64,000 nucleotides of DNA from contig JBBTSM010000001.1 of assembly GCA_038064675.1 (NCBI GenBank), positions 40,446 through 104,445 on the forward strand. Direction: 5' to 3'. Shown here piece after piece: positions 38,295-47,692 of this stretch; the first letter of the stretch is position 1; the number at the start of each line of letters is the position of its first letter. Made by a program: the position numbers and the translations under genes. The stretch is from Patescibacteria group bacterium (GTDB taxonomy: Bacteria; Patescibacteriota; Patescibacteriia; UBA9934). Below the pieces are notes generated by a model. That model did no database searches. It had not been told where the DNA came from and saw only the letters and a program-made list of their open reading frames with translations.

Positions 38295-39584
38295 ATGAAA
38301 CCCATCGTTATTCGCGTCCTTCGATACTTAGCCAAGCGGCAAATCGCTCAGTTTCACCCAATGGTGATTGCGGTCACGGGAAGCGTGGGGAAGACGAGCA
38401 CCAAGAATGCGATTGCGATTGCGCTGGGTGCAGCATTCGATGTGCGAACGGCGAATAAAAACTACAACAACGAGTTTGGTGTGCCATTGGCGATTATGGG
38501 GGAGATGAGCCCGGGCAAGAATGTGTGGGAGTGGCTGAAGCTTTTTGTACGTCAGTACAACGTGAAGAAATTTCCAACGCATCTTGTTTTGGAATACGGC
38601 GCCGATCGCCCTGGCGACATTCAAGCGTCGTGTGATATTGCCAAGCCGGATGTTGCGGTGATTACGGCAATCTCACCGGTGCATGCATCAAACTACACGA
38701 ACTTCGGCGCGCTTGCGGACGAGAAGGCAACGCTCGGTGACAATGTGAAAGAAGACGGATTGGTCATTTTGAATGCGGACGATCAGACGGTGAACCTCAT
38801 GCGCGATCGCTTCACAGCAACAACGGCAACGTACGGAAAGTCGGGCCGACAGGCGAACATCAAAGATATTTACGTGAAGACGGTACTTAATGACCATTAT
38901 GTGCTGAATGATGTCGCAGTACTGACGAAGGCAGCAATCGAGATTGATGGCGAAACGGTGGACTTGAAGCTTCCGAATTGTTTGGGCGACACGCCGGTGT
39001 TCGCGTGTGCTGCAGCGCTTCTCGTTGCTAAGCATTGCGACGTTCCGTTGAAGAAGGCTGCGAAAGCGCTGAATGAGTCGTTTGCTCCCGCACCTGGGCG
39101 CCTTCGACCGCTTGCCGGGGTGAAAGGCTCGTTGATCCTCGACGATACATACAACGCTGCTCCAGCATCTACCATCGCCGCACTCGACGCTCTCACATTG
39201 TTTACGGCGGATCGACCGGGAAGCCGGCGAATCGCCGCGCTGGGAAAGATGGCAGAGCTTGGGCAATATTCCGAAGCCGAGCATGCAGCAGTCGGTCGTC
39301 GAGTTTCTGAAGTTGCTGATATCTTTGTTGCTACTGGAAGTGAAATGCAGGGTGCCGCCGATGAAGCTGAGCGCATGGGAATGAAGCTGTCGTCAGTAGT
39401 TCGTGTGCACGACGCAGTGGAGGCTGGCCGATGGCTTGATGCGAATGTGAAAGAAGGCGATATCGTCCTCGTGAAAGGCTCCCAAAGTGCGCGCATGGAA
39501 AAAGCGACAAAAGATATCGTCGCAGAGCCGTTGCGCGCATCGGAGCTTTTGGTGCGACAAGAAAAGTATTGGCTGAAGAATTAG
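38295..39584 (+). CDS. murF: Mur ligase family protein, MurF-like (UDP-MurNAc-tripeptide--D-Ala-D-Ala ligase)
   Basis: ATP-binding VIAVTGSVGKTSTK. Mur ligase middle and C-terminal motifs. Confidence 0.8.
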   Translation: MKPIVIRVLRYLAKRQIAQFHPMVIAVTGSVGKTSTKNAIAIALGAAFDVRTANKNYNNEFGVPLAIMGEMSPGKNVWEWLKLFVRQYNVKKFPTHLVLEYGADRPGDIQASCDIAKPDVAVITAISPVHASNYTNFGALADEKATLGDNVKEDGLVILNADDQTVNLMRDRFTATTATYGKSGRQANIKDIYVKTVLNDHYVLNDVAVLTKAAIEIDGETVDLKLPNCLGDTPVFACAAALLVAKHCDVPLKKAAKALNESFAPAPGRLRPLAGVKGSLILDDTYNAAPASTIAALDALTLFTADRPGSRRIAALGKMAELGQYSEAEHAAVGRRVSEVADIFVATGSEMQGAADEAERMGMKLSSVVRVHDAVEAGRWLDANVKEGDIVLVKGSQSARMEKATKDIVAEPLRASELLVRQEKYWLKN

Positions 39585-39586
39585 CT

Positions 39587-40183
39587 ATGCAACTCACGAC
39601 CGACATTGATCTTGTTATTTCCACGCTGAAATCCGGCGGTGTCGTTGTGTATCCAACGGAAACAACGTATGGAATTGGTTGCGATGCAACGAACGTTGCG
39701 GCGGTTGATAGGATTTTTGCGATAAAGGGACGCCCGCAGGCAAAGGGTGTCACTGCGTTGTTGCCAAAGAACGAATGGGGTGATCGAATCGGTTTAGTGT
39801 GGCCACCGGCCCTTCGAGAGCTCGCAGAGAAGCACTGGCCTGGCGCACTGAACGTTGTGTTGCCGGCGGCTGCTCCGTCGGAGATTGTTCCAGCGTATCT
39901 TACGAACGGCACGCTCGCTGTTCGTCGATCGAGTCATCCTGTCGCGAACGCTCTTGTCGATGCACTTGGTGTTCCGTTGGTTTCGACCAGCGCGAATATT
40001 TCGGGAGAGCCGGAGTTATATAGTGCGAAGGAGATCTTTGATCGGTTCAGCGGAGAAGCTATTCAACCGGACGTTATTTTCGATGCTGGTGAATTACCAA
40101 AACGCGCGCCGTCCACATTGATTGTTTGGGACGACGCGCGTGGTGTTGTGGTGTTGCGGCAAGGAGAAATACAGGTATTTTAA
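39587..40183 (+). CDS. tsaC: L-threonylcarbamoyladenylate synthase (YrdC/TsaC family)
   Basis: VVVYPTETTYGIGCDATN and SANISGEP motifs. ATG at 39587 (the track start at 39569 is TTG inside murF). Confidence 0.85.
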   Translation: MQLTTDIDLVISTLKSGGVVVYPTETTYGIGCDATNVAAVDRIFAIKGRPQAKGVTALLPKNEWGDRIGLVWPPALRELAEKHWPGALNVVLPAAAPSEIVPAYLTNGTLAVRRSSHPVANALVDALGVPLVSTSANISGEPELYSAKEIFDRFSGEAIQPDVIFDAGELPKRAPSTLIVWDDARGVVVLRQGEIQVF

Positions 40184-40689
40184 TCATTATAGAGAAGCCC
40201 GGTGATCTTTGATCCGCTTCCCCAAATTCTGTTGAATGTTTCTTCGCGATGATCTTTTGACGACGTGTTTTGTATGGTTGTTTCTGGGTTGAGTATCAGT
40301 TGTCGAAGGTTCGATCGCGTTCCAATATATATCTCACTGAGTCCGGTGATAAATTGACCGGCCGTTGGATCGATGATGATATCGGTGTCGGGCGTGAGAC
40401 CTTTTACAACAAGATACGCATGATTCGGGTGATATTCACTCGTTGTATCATCGGAAGTTGCCAATCGAATTCCGGGAATTTTTTCAACAAGCAACGAGCC
40501 GACTTCGTTGGCTATTGTTGCACAGTGCGCGCGCGTTCTGCATTCTTTTATCCGTTCTGCCGCAAATGCACTCAAATGTTCCCTAGATTGATCTACTGCC
40601 GAGCGCACGTTTTCAACTTCATAGTGCTTCACTTCTGGCGTGAGTGGTCGATTCTCAGAAAAATCCCATGTTGGAAAGTCTTTGTTCAT
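40180..40689 (-). CDS. Hypothetical protein (169 aa)
   Basis: ORF convergent with tsaC. No recognisable motifs. Confidence 0.45.
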   Translation of the reverse strand: MNKDFPTWDFSENRPLTPEVKHYEVENVRSAVDQSREHLSAFAAERIKECRTRAHCATIANEVGSLLVEKIPGIRLATSDDTTSEYHPNHAYLVVKGLTPDTDIIIDPTAGQFITGLSEIYIGTRSNLRQLILNPETTIQNTSSKDHREETFNRIWGSGSKITGLLYND

Positions 40690-40727
40690 AGAATACGTAG
40701 CTTGTGTGTAATTATACAGCTACCGCA

Positions 40728-42551
40728 TCAATCCACGGTTACGGCTTTTGCGAGGTTGCGAGGACGATCTGGGTTGATGCCCTTGAGAACGGCGAGTTCG
40801 TAGGCGAGGATTTGCATCGGGATGTTCGCAACAAGTCCAGTGAGGGCACCGTTTTTTGGAACAATGATCGTTTCTGTTGCCACACGTTCTGCGAGTTTTG
40901 GATTGTCCGTGATGATAATCGTTCGCGCGCCGCGAGCTCGTACTTCTTCTGCTGCCGTTCGCATCAGCTGGCCGTGTTGGTCGTCGAAAATGCACAGAAT
41001 GACTGGCGTGTTTTCTTCGATGAGCGCGAATGGTCCGTGCTTGAGCGCGCCGCCAGCGTAGCCTTCAGCGTGAAGATAGGTGATCTCTTTGATCTTGAGT
41101 GCTCCTTCGCGAGCGATACTCTCGCACGGCCCTTTGCCGAGGACGAAACAGTGTTCAGCATCCACGAGTGTCTTGGCGATCTCCTTACACGCCTCGCGAG
41201 TGTTCAGCGCGATTTTTACGAGCGTTGGCAGGCGACGAAGTTCGTCAATGAGATACTTGCGTCGCTCAACCTCTGTTCCTCGATGCATGCTAAACCATGC
41301 GGCGATCATTTCGAGTGCGACGACTTGCGTGCTGAAGGCTTTTGTTGACGCAACCGCGTGTTCGCGACCAGCGTTGAGGTACACTCCGCATTTTGTACTC
41401 CGTGCAATCAACGAACCGACCGCATTCACCACGGAGAATGTTGGTACGCCGCGATCTTGAGCGATGACGAGCGCACGATGGGTGTCCTTGGTTTCGCCCG
41501 ATTGTGAAATGACGAGAAGGCCTGCGCCGTGCGGAGCAAAGTGATGCTCAGTGATCTCTGAGGCATCGACCACTTGAACTGTGTCGAACGCCTTGATGGC
41601 ACGCATGCCCAGTGCGCCGTACATTCCGGCGTGGAGCGATGTTCCGCATGCGGCGATGACAAGATGCTTAATACCGAGAAGCGTTTCTTTGTTGCGCTCC
41701 AATCCACCAAGTTTAATATCAAAATCCGTTGGAATACGTGCGCCGTGGTTGAGGGTTCGTGCCAACGCATCCGGCTGTTCCATGATTTCTTTGATGGTCC
41801 AGTGTTCGAATGGAGCGGGGGAGAGCTCGATGACTTCTTCTGGTGCGAGCTCGACTCTTGAGGTATCGAGCGTGGTGCCTTCGGGGGTGATGAGGGCGAA
41901 CTCGCCATTTTGGAGCGCGATGAATTCGCGGGTGTGATTATTGAACGCCGATGGTTCGCTTGCAACATACATCGTTCCTTTGCCAACGCCGACGACGAGG
42001 GGGCTGCCGTTTCGAGCCGCAAGAATCGTGTTCGGCATCAGTGGCGATACAACCGCGACCCCCCACGTGCCTTCCAGTTTGGCGAGCGCGTGTTTCATTG
42101 CAACGTCCAGCGGTTCTCCATCGTCCAGGTACTTTCCGATGAGCTGTGCGATAACCTCCGTATCAGTTTGCGATTTGAAAATAATTCCCGTCGCCTCAAG
42201 ATCGGCTTTGAGCTTGTGTGCGTTTTCGATGATGCCGTTATGAACAAGCGTGAGGCGATTCTTCATGTCCGAATGCGGATGGGCATTTGCGTCGGTTTTT
42301 CCGCCATGGGTTGCCCAGCGGGTATGGCCGATGCCGAAACGATTCCCCACATGGTCGGGCAAATGTTCCCGAAGTCGAGCGATGGCATCTGGGGCAACGC
42401 CGCTCGCAAACTTCGTCGTAACGATAATGCCATTGTCGGAAACCGTGGCCACACCAGCAGAATCGTATCCGCGACTCTCCAGGATCGAAAGCCCGTCAAC
42501 GATTATGCTGACACTATCTGTATCGCCTACAACCCCGATAATTCCACACAT
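40728..42551 (-). CDS. glmS: Glutamine--fructose-6-phosphate aminotransferase (isomerising)
   Basis: Start set at MCGIIG (catalytic N-terminal Cys). Two SIS domains. C-terminal ...PRNLAKAVTVD. Confidence 0.95.
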   Translation of the reverse strand: MCGIIGVVGDTDSVSIIVDGLSILESRGYDSAGVATVSDNGIIVTTKFASGVAPDAIARLREHLPDHVGNRFGIGHTRWATHGGKTDANAHPHSDMKNRLTLVHNGIIENAHKLKADLEATGIIFKSQTDTEVIAQLIGKYLDDGEPLDVAMKHALAKLEGTWGVAVVSPLMPNTILAARNGSPLVVGVGKGTMYVASEPSAFNNHTREFIALQNGEFALITPEGTTLDTSRVELAPEEVIELSPAPFEHWTIKEIMEQPDALARTLNHGARIPTDFDIKLGGLERNKETLLGIKHLVIAACGTSLHAGMYGALGMRAIKAFDTVQVVDASEITEHHFAPHGAGLLVISQSGETKDTHRALVIAQDRGVPTFSVVNAVGSLIARSTKCGVYLNAGREHAVASTKAFSTQVVALEMIAAWFSMHRGTEVERRKYLIDELRRLPTLVKIALNTREACKEIAKTLVDAEHCFVLGKGPCESIAREGALKIKEITYLHAEGYAGGALKHGPFALIEENTPVILCIFDDQHGQLMRTAAEEVRARGARTIIITDNPKLAERVATETIIVPKNGALTGLVANIPMQILAYELAVLKGINPDRPRNLAKAVTVD

Positions 42552-42689
42552 ACTCTTTTGTTTATGGATAGAACGATCACCTGACAATAGTCCCGTCGAA
42601 AATGTAGAGCAAGTCTGTCTGAGGATAAGTTGACGGACGTAATTGGTTGAACATAAAGCGATTCGTCGTGTGCCGAGCGTGCTAAAATT

Positions 42690-42995
42690 TTGGATATGAT
42701 GAATGATGAATTGCGGATTCAGGTTGACGAGGCGGTAGAGGCACGACTTCCGAGGGATTTCTACAGGGTTTTTGAGCGATTAGAGCCGAACCTTTCCAGC
42801 CTTACGCCAGCCGACGCCGGGCGGCTGCGCGAAGCAACGTCTCGAATGTTTAACATGACAACAGTCGGCTTGGACGAGCACGATCGGGCCACGATGGGCC
42901 GGCTTCGGCGATGGTGGGAGCAGCCGAATGAAGGGAACAGGGAAATAAAACGCGGATTTTCAGCAGTGATTGCGGGACTTTTTGGCAGAAGGTAG
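42690..42995 (+). CDS. Hypothetical protein (101 aa)
   Basis: ORF only. Confidence 0.4.
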   Translation: MDMMNDELRIQVDEAVEARLPRDFYRVFERLEPNLSSLTPADAGRLREATSRMFNMTTVGLDEHDRATMGRLRRWWEQPNEGNREIKRGFSAVIAGLFGRR

Positions 42996-43026
42996 AGAAG
43001 GGTCGTTTCTATTGAAAAAGCAGAAT

Positions 43027-43494
43027 ATGGCTACCTACACCAACATGGAGATGGAGCTTTGGCGGGAGCTGCAAGACTTTGCGGAAAAAGCGTCTGGCGA
43101 AAGAAAAACACGCGTAGCTGCTTGTTTGGTTTGGCCAAGCGGACGAAAAGTTTTTGGTGCGAACCGTCTCTTGGATGGTCACGGCCTGACCGAGCAAGAG
43201 ATTACAGACCGAGTGAGACCCAAGTTTTATGACGCCATGAAGTGTGGCGAGCCAGATGCAATCGACAAGGCCATAGAGTTGGGGCTGGATCTTGGAGATG
43301 CAAAGCTCTACTCTCTCTTGTTTCCATGTCCGCGCTGCGCAGAAAAGATCGCGAAGACCGGTATTAGAACCATTGTCGCTCTTCATCATCGGACAAACCA
43401 TAACGGCAATTTTGATAACCCTTTAGAAGATTCTCGGAAAATGTTTGATAGCGTTGGTATACAGTACGACATCGGCGAGCCTGATGGGCGATAG
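43027..43494 (+). CDS. Cytidine/deoxycytidylate deaminase-like zinc-binding protein (divergent)
   Basis: PCPRCAEKIAKTGIRTIV matches the PCxxCA...GI..VV zinc-ligand block of CDA-fold deaminases. No clean HAE motif was seen. Confidence 0.45.
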   Translation: MATYTNMEMELWRELQDFAEKASGERKTRVAACLVWPSGRKVFGANRLLDGHGLTEQEITDRVRPKFYDAMKCGEPDAIDKAIELGLDLGDAKLYSLLFPCPRCAEKIAKTGIRTIVALHHRTNHNGNFDNPLEDSRKMFDSVGIQYDIGEPDGR

Positions 43495-43515
43495 AGAATA
43501 ACACTCACATAAGAA

Positions 43516-43540
43516 AAACCACCTCGCTATGAGGTGGTTT
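43516..43540. terminator. Bidirectional rho-independent terminator (AACCACCTC-loop-GAGGTGGTT flanked by A- and T-runs)
   Basis: Perfect 9-bp stem. Serves the + strand gene and the - strand tRNA. Confidence 0.8.
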
Positions 43541-43543
43541 TTC

Positions 43544-43618
43544 TGGTGACTCCACGGAGAATCGAACTCCGATTAGAGGCTTGAGAAGCCCCTGTCCTAA
43601 CCGTTAGACGATGGAGCC
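43544..43618 (-). tRNA. tRNA-Glu (anticodon CTC), CCA encoded
   Basis: Reverse complement folds as a cloverleaf: acceptor GGCTCCA/TGGAGTC, anticodon loop TTCTCAA, T-loop GTTCGATTC, 3' ACCA. Confidence 0.9.
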
Positions 43619-43750
43619 GAAAATTGCAGGAGGAGCGTATCAAAAAACACAGAGTATGGCAACGAACCGCCCCAACAACAAACCCCGCGCTGAGAACAAC
43701 GGTCATCCTCAGCGTGAGGGTCGTTGTCTCGCACGGGGCGAGAACTGCGG

Positions 43751-44353
43751 TCACGGCTTCATCCGTCGTTGCACACGGCTGATGAGGAAGATCATGCCCG
43801 AGGTGGTAGGGATCGTCCGGGCGAGGTAGATCCACGAATATGTGTCGTCACGCACCCACGCGGGGTACAGGGCGCACAAATTCGCGGACAGCACGCAGCA
43901 CCAGAAGAAGATCGGTTCCGTCACACGCTCGGCATTCCACAGCCGTCGAGCGGTCGCGAAGTACGCGATGAGGCCGATGCACTGAACGAGGATATAGGAG
44001 ATGAGGGCGTTCTTGGTGATGAACCAGAACACGACCACTCCTGCGCCTCCCGCAAGGCACAGTCGCTGCACGCGGTCGAAGGCTACTGTGAGGGTGCCAC
44101 GCCGCCTGTTGAGCTGGATGATGTGGTACAGAATGTACACGACGTTCAGCGTACCCGTCGGGACGGCGATGTTGCCCGTCCACGATTTGCTTGGACTTTG
44201 CCAGTACATCCAGCACGAGAGGGTCATCATGACCATCATGAGCACCCACGCCGCGGGCACGGGGTTGGTCTCCTTGTTCTGAGCGCGGCGAACGTAGTCC
44301 ACCGCAGAAATCAGCATGAGCATTGCTGTTACCAGCACGGCTGCTTCGTACAC
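43751..44353 (-). CDS. Hypothetical polytopic membrane protein, strongly GC3-biased
   Basis: Four to five TM helices. Codon usage distinct from neighbouring genes. Followed by a large hairpin terminator at 43672-43735. Confidence 0.55.
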   Translation of the reverse strand: MYEAAVLVTAMLMLISAVDYVRRAQNKETNPVPAAWVLMMVMMTLSCWMYWQSPSKSWTGNIAVPTGTLNVVYILYHIIQLNRRRGTLTVAFDRVQRLCLAGGAGVVVFWFITKNALISYILVQCIGLIAYFATARRLWNAERVTEPIFFWCCVLSANLCALYPAWVRDDTYSWIYLARTIPTTSGMIFLISRVQRRMKP

Positions 44354-44529
44354 GGTGAAACTCCTTGAAAGAACCGGCTTGCCCTGCCGATAGGGTTGTC
44401 TTGCGACACGTCAAAGTAGCATCTAGACGCTGCCTTGTCCATGTTGATTCCAATAAAACAACAAACCCCGTGCTGAGAACGACAGCGTTCCCAGTAGAGG
44501 GGGCTTGTCGTCTCGCGCGGGGCGAGGAG

Positions 44530-44892
44530 TCACAAGTTGACGATGTTCGGACGGACCTTCTCCAGATCTGCGTGCTCGATGAAGAGGATGCTGGCGGGAG
44601 CCATACCCATCTTGTAGAGCGCGATCCCACGATCGGATTCCGAGCAGAGCATGGGATAGCCGCCAAACAGACACGGACGAACGGTGACTCCGTTTCCGCC
44701 CTGGTAGTAGACGGCATCCTCACACACCTCCTTGGAGGGTTGGGCCATCACCGAGGTCCGCCAGTTGGTGTCCGTGACATTGGCGCAGGCCATCTCGATC
44801 TGCTGGTCGAGCACCGGGTCGTCGCCCTTGGTGTAGCCACAGCCGAGAGCGAAGAAGAACATGAAGACCGCGAAGGCGACGAGAATACGCAT
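44530..44892 (-). CDS. Small Cys-rich lipoprotein (lipobox LGC), GC3-biased
   Basis: Signal peptide MRILVAFAVFMFFFALGCGY. Six cysteines. Paralogous terminator hairpin at 44466-44525. Confidence 0.5.
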   Translation of the reverse strand: MRILVAFAVFMFFFALGCGYTKGDDPVLDQQIEMACANVTDTNWRTSVMAQPSKEVCEDAVYYQGGNGVTVRPCLFGGYPMLCSESDRGIALYKMGMAPASILFIEHADLEKVRPNIVNL

Positions 44893-45143
44893 GGGAGTGA
44901 TCCGGGTGCGGGGTGAAGTCTTGGAGCTTTTGAGCCTTGCGACGAAGCAGAATAACACAAAACCGCCATTTTGTCCATATGTCTAGCGGCGGTTTCTGAA
45001 CTTTTTTGGCTATGTTGGAACAACAACCTCTCCGAAGTTAAACCGAAGCAGGGCTAGCTTTTCGTTCACCAAAAACATCACCCAGCAATGGGTGGTCTTT
45101 TTGTGGAGTTTGTCGCGAGGGCACATGGCGTATACTTAGTGAT

Positions 45144-46178
45144 ATGTCGGTATTCTTTTTCCTTATCTTTTGCGTGTCGCTTCCCGCGTTTTTGGTGGGA
45201 ATGATTGTTCCGGCGGTGTTTAGTAGGTTCTTCAAAGAAGGTGTAACGCGGGGAAAAATCGCCAAACTGTTGGGTGCGATCATGTTCGGTTCGTTGTTTG
45301 CAAGCATCGCGATGGCTACGCCAATTGCGCCATCGACGTCGGATGATGGGGCTTACGACGTAGCAGTGGTCGAAGACACGGTGCCGAACATTGATGCTGA
45401 TGTTTTGGATGCGGAAAACGGCGTTGTTGAGGATGGGAATTCATCGAGAGTTCGTGCGACTGTAGTGAGCGTTGTTGACGGAGATACCGTAAAGGTCGAT
45501 ATCGCCGGTATTCGCGAGACGATTCGGATCATCGGCATCAACACGCCGGAGACGGTGGATCCGCGTAAGCCGGTGGAATGTTTTGGAAAGGAGGCGTCGG
45601 CGAGAGCGAAGGAATTGCTTACAAGCCAGACGATCGAACTCGAGGCCGATGCCACACAGGGTGAACAAGATAAATACGGACGATTGTTGCGCTACGTTTT
45701 TCTGCCGGATGGATCGAATTTCGGGAAGACGATGATCACTGAAGGGTTTGCGTACGAGTACACGTATTCCACGCCGTACAGTTATCAGCAGGAATACAAG
45801 GACGCGCAGGCTGATGCCACAAAGAACGAGCGTGGACTCTGGGCGAGTGGGGCGTGTAATGACGGATCCGAGACATTGGATACTCCGACGTCGACCGTGG
45901 AGCCGACATCCACATCGAATTCGACAGTTGCGCCAGCGGTAGAAGCTCCCGTTACGCCGTCAGAGCCGAGCGCTGCTTCGAATCCCGCCGATTCTGTGCC
46001 GTCGACGCCTCCGAGTTCGAGCTGTTCGTGTTCTTCCAACACCTACAACTGTTCGGATTTTTCTACGCATGCCGCCGCTCAGGCCGTCTACGATTGTTGC
46101 ATGGCACAGGTTGGTTCCGATATTCATCGTTTGGATGGGAATGATAACGATGGGCTCGCGTGTGAAAGTTTGAGGTGA
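45144..46178 (+). CDS. Secreted thermonuclease (SNase/micrococcal nuclease homologue) with an S/T/P-rich linker and a C-terminal Excalibur calcium-binding domain
   Basis: SNase motifs VVDGDTVKV...IRIIGINTPE...KYGRLLRYVF...GLWAS. Excalibur DGNDNDGLACE. Confidence 0.85.
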   Translation: MSVFFFLIFCVSLPAFLVGMIVPAVFSRFFKEGVTRGKIAKLLGAIMFGSLFASIAMATPIAPSTSDDGAYDVAVVEDTVPNIDADVLDAENGVVEDGNSSRVRATVVSVVDGDTVKVDIAGIRETIRIIGINTPETVDPRKPVECFGKEASARAKELLTSQTIELEADATQGEQDKYGRLLRYVFLPDGSNFGKTMITEGFAYEYTYSTPYSYQQEYKDAQADATKNERGLWASGACNDGSETLDTPTSTVEPTSTSNSTVAPAVEAPVTPSEPSAASNPADSVPSTPPSSSCSCSSNTYNCSDFSTHAAAQAVYDCCMAQVGSDIHRLDGNDNDGLACESLR

Positions 46179-46184
46179 AGCACA

Positions 46185-47075
46185 TTACTCACCCGAGAGC
46201 GTTTCGTCTTTTGCCCATCCCGTCCGCTCTTCACGAGGCAATCGGGTGATGGAGTACGAAATTGGTTCATCTGGATCCACGGTTCTGGCAATCCATGGCG
46301 TCTTTATTGCTTCCTTAATGAAATCGGTGATTGATCCGTCTTTGGTGTACGGAGGATTCGTGTTTGGAATCGCGAGCTCTTCAAAGGTATCGATGCCGCC
46401 GGATGCAATGCAGCCGTTGGAAAGTGTGACAGCGAAACTCATTGTAAGTTCGGCTGCGTCTTCCGGCACGGCAACAATTGACCCGAATGGGTGAACGTAG
46501 CCGTGAGCATTCGGTGGAATAGTAAACGTGGATCCTGGCGTGAGGTCGTGAAGGTACGATCCCCAGTCATTCGAATTCGTCCCATCGGTAAGGAGCTGCA
46601 CGCCGTTGATGTCGGATGTGAGAATGGTGCGAGTAGTGCTTGTGCGATCTGCGGATTCCGATCGGTAGCTGAGTTCGAGACGGGTAATTGTTGCGCTGCA
46701 TGCTGCATCGCTTACATTTGCAATCGCCAACCATGCCGCCGCAGCAGGATTCGTTTCTGAATATCCCGTCCATTGCTGTGTGCCACACTCGTCCGGCGCA
46801 TGTGTCGGTTTCGCTTTCCCGCAGTTTGGCGCAACCACTTTTGCAATTTCCGATGATGTCGATTGTGATTCGATCTGGTTTACATTGACGGGAAGATCGG
46901 GACTTCCGGAAACAACGATTTCGGTGGATGTTTCGCTAGCCATCTGTATTGTATTTGAAAACATCTTTTCCGCGGAAATGCCAAAACCCGCAAATACTAA
47001 ACTCGCCGCAGCAATGTGCAGATGATAGCGTTTCTTGGTTTTGACCCGACGAGTATGTTTCCCGGACGTCCTCAT
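46185..47075 (-). CDS. Hypothetical secreted/anchored protein
   Basis: Basic N-terminus plus a hydrophobic helix. Start set at MRTSGKH. Confidence 0.45.
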   Translation of the reverse strand: MRTSGKHTRRVKTKKRYHLHIAAASLVFAGFGISAEKMFSNTIQMASETSTEIVVSGSPDLPVNVNQIESQSTSSEIAKVVAPNCGKAKPTHAPDECGTQQWTGYSETNPAAAAWLAIANVSDAACSATITRLELSYRSESADRTSTTRTILTSDINGVQLLTDGTNSNDWGSYLHDLTPGSTFTIPPNAHGYVHPFGSIVAVPEDAAELTMSFAVTLSNGCIASGGIDTFEELAIPNTNPPYTKDGSITDFIKEAIKTPWIARTVDPDEPISYSITRLPREERTGWAKDETLSGE

Positions 47076-47094
47076 ACGCCTCAACTCTATCATC

Positions 47095-47634
47095 TCACCG
47101 AAAAAGGTCGATAATCTTTGTCCCCAATGCATTCGCGACAACGGCAACGGCAGATGTTATGGCGGTGATGACGAGAAAAATGAATGCGACAAGCGGATCT
47201 TTGTGGAGTGAAAGCGCTAAAAGCGCGGTGCTGCCGTAGGTAATCGTTGCGAGTCCTATGAGCGCGAAGAGAGATTTTTGTGCCGTCCACTTCCATTGAA
47301 TGTTGAATTTCCAATGGATGAGCGGTTCAATGAGGCTCATTACTACACAGAACACCGTGTAGGCAACGAGAAACGGTTGAATGAGGTTGATCTGAACGGA
47401 AACGTGAAGGTTTGGGAGCGCGGATGCGATGGCCGCAAAGAGACGATTTCCGAGGTCTGGATTCCACGAGAGTGCAAGGCCAAGTATCGCCACGAACGCC
47501 AAACACACACCGAACAATTGCAAAATAATCGCTGGCACCGTCAAAAACCACACGCCGTATCCCACAACGGCCCTTGCAATGAAGAACACGGGCGAACTGC
47601 GTTGGGCTTGTTGCATATGGGGGAAGTATAGCAA
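47095..47634 (-). CDS. Hypothetical membrane protein (five TM helices)
   Basis: Hydrophobic ORF. Confidence 0.45.
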   Translation of the reverse strand: MLYFPHMQQAQRSSPVFFIARAVVGYGVWFLTVPAIILQLFGVCLAFVAILGLALSWNPDLGNRLFAAIASALPNLHVSVQINLIQPFLVAYTVFCVVMSLIEPLIHWKFNIQWKWTAQKSLFALIGLATITYGSTALLALSLHKDPLVAFIFLVITAITSAVAVVANALGTKIIDLFR

Positions 47635-47692
47635 GACAGACGTTTTGTTTTTGTGTACATTAGGAGAATCACACTCGAATATCTTTCGCTAT

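Noticed and set aside
40704-42584. Plus-strand ORFs 40704-41348 and 41910-42584
   Set aside because: They are antisense to glmS, which is unambiguous (N-terminal MCGIIG, SIS domains).
42552-42689. glmS ribozyme in the glmS 5' leader
   Set aside because: The leader is only about 140 nt. It lacks the conserved glmS ribozyme core and pseudoknot sequences. It looks like a plain divergent promoter region.
43544-43618. Integrase-mediated genomic island at tRNA-Glu
   Set aside because: There is no integrase or recombinase gene, and no direct repeat of the tRNA 3' end was found. The compositional anomaly lies on the 5' side of the tRNA. It is kept only as a low-confidence observation.
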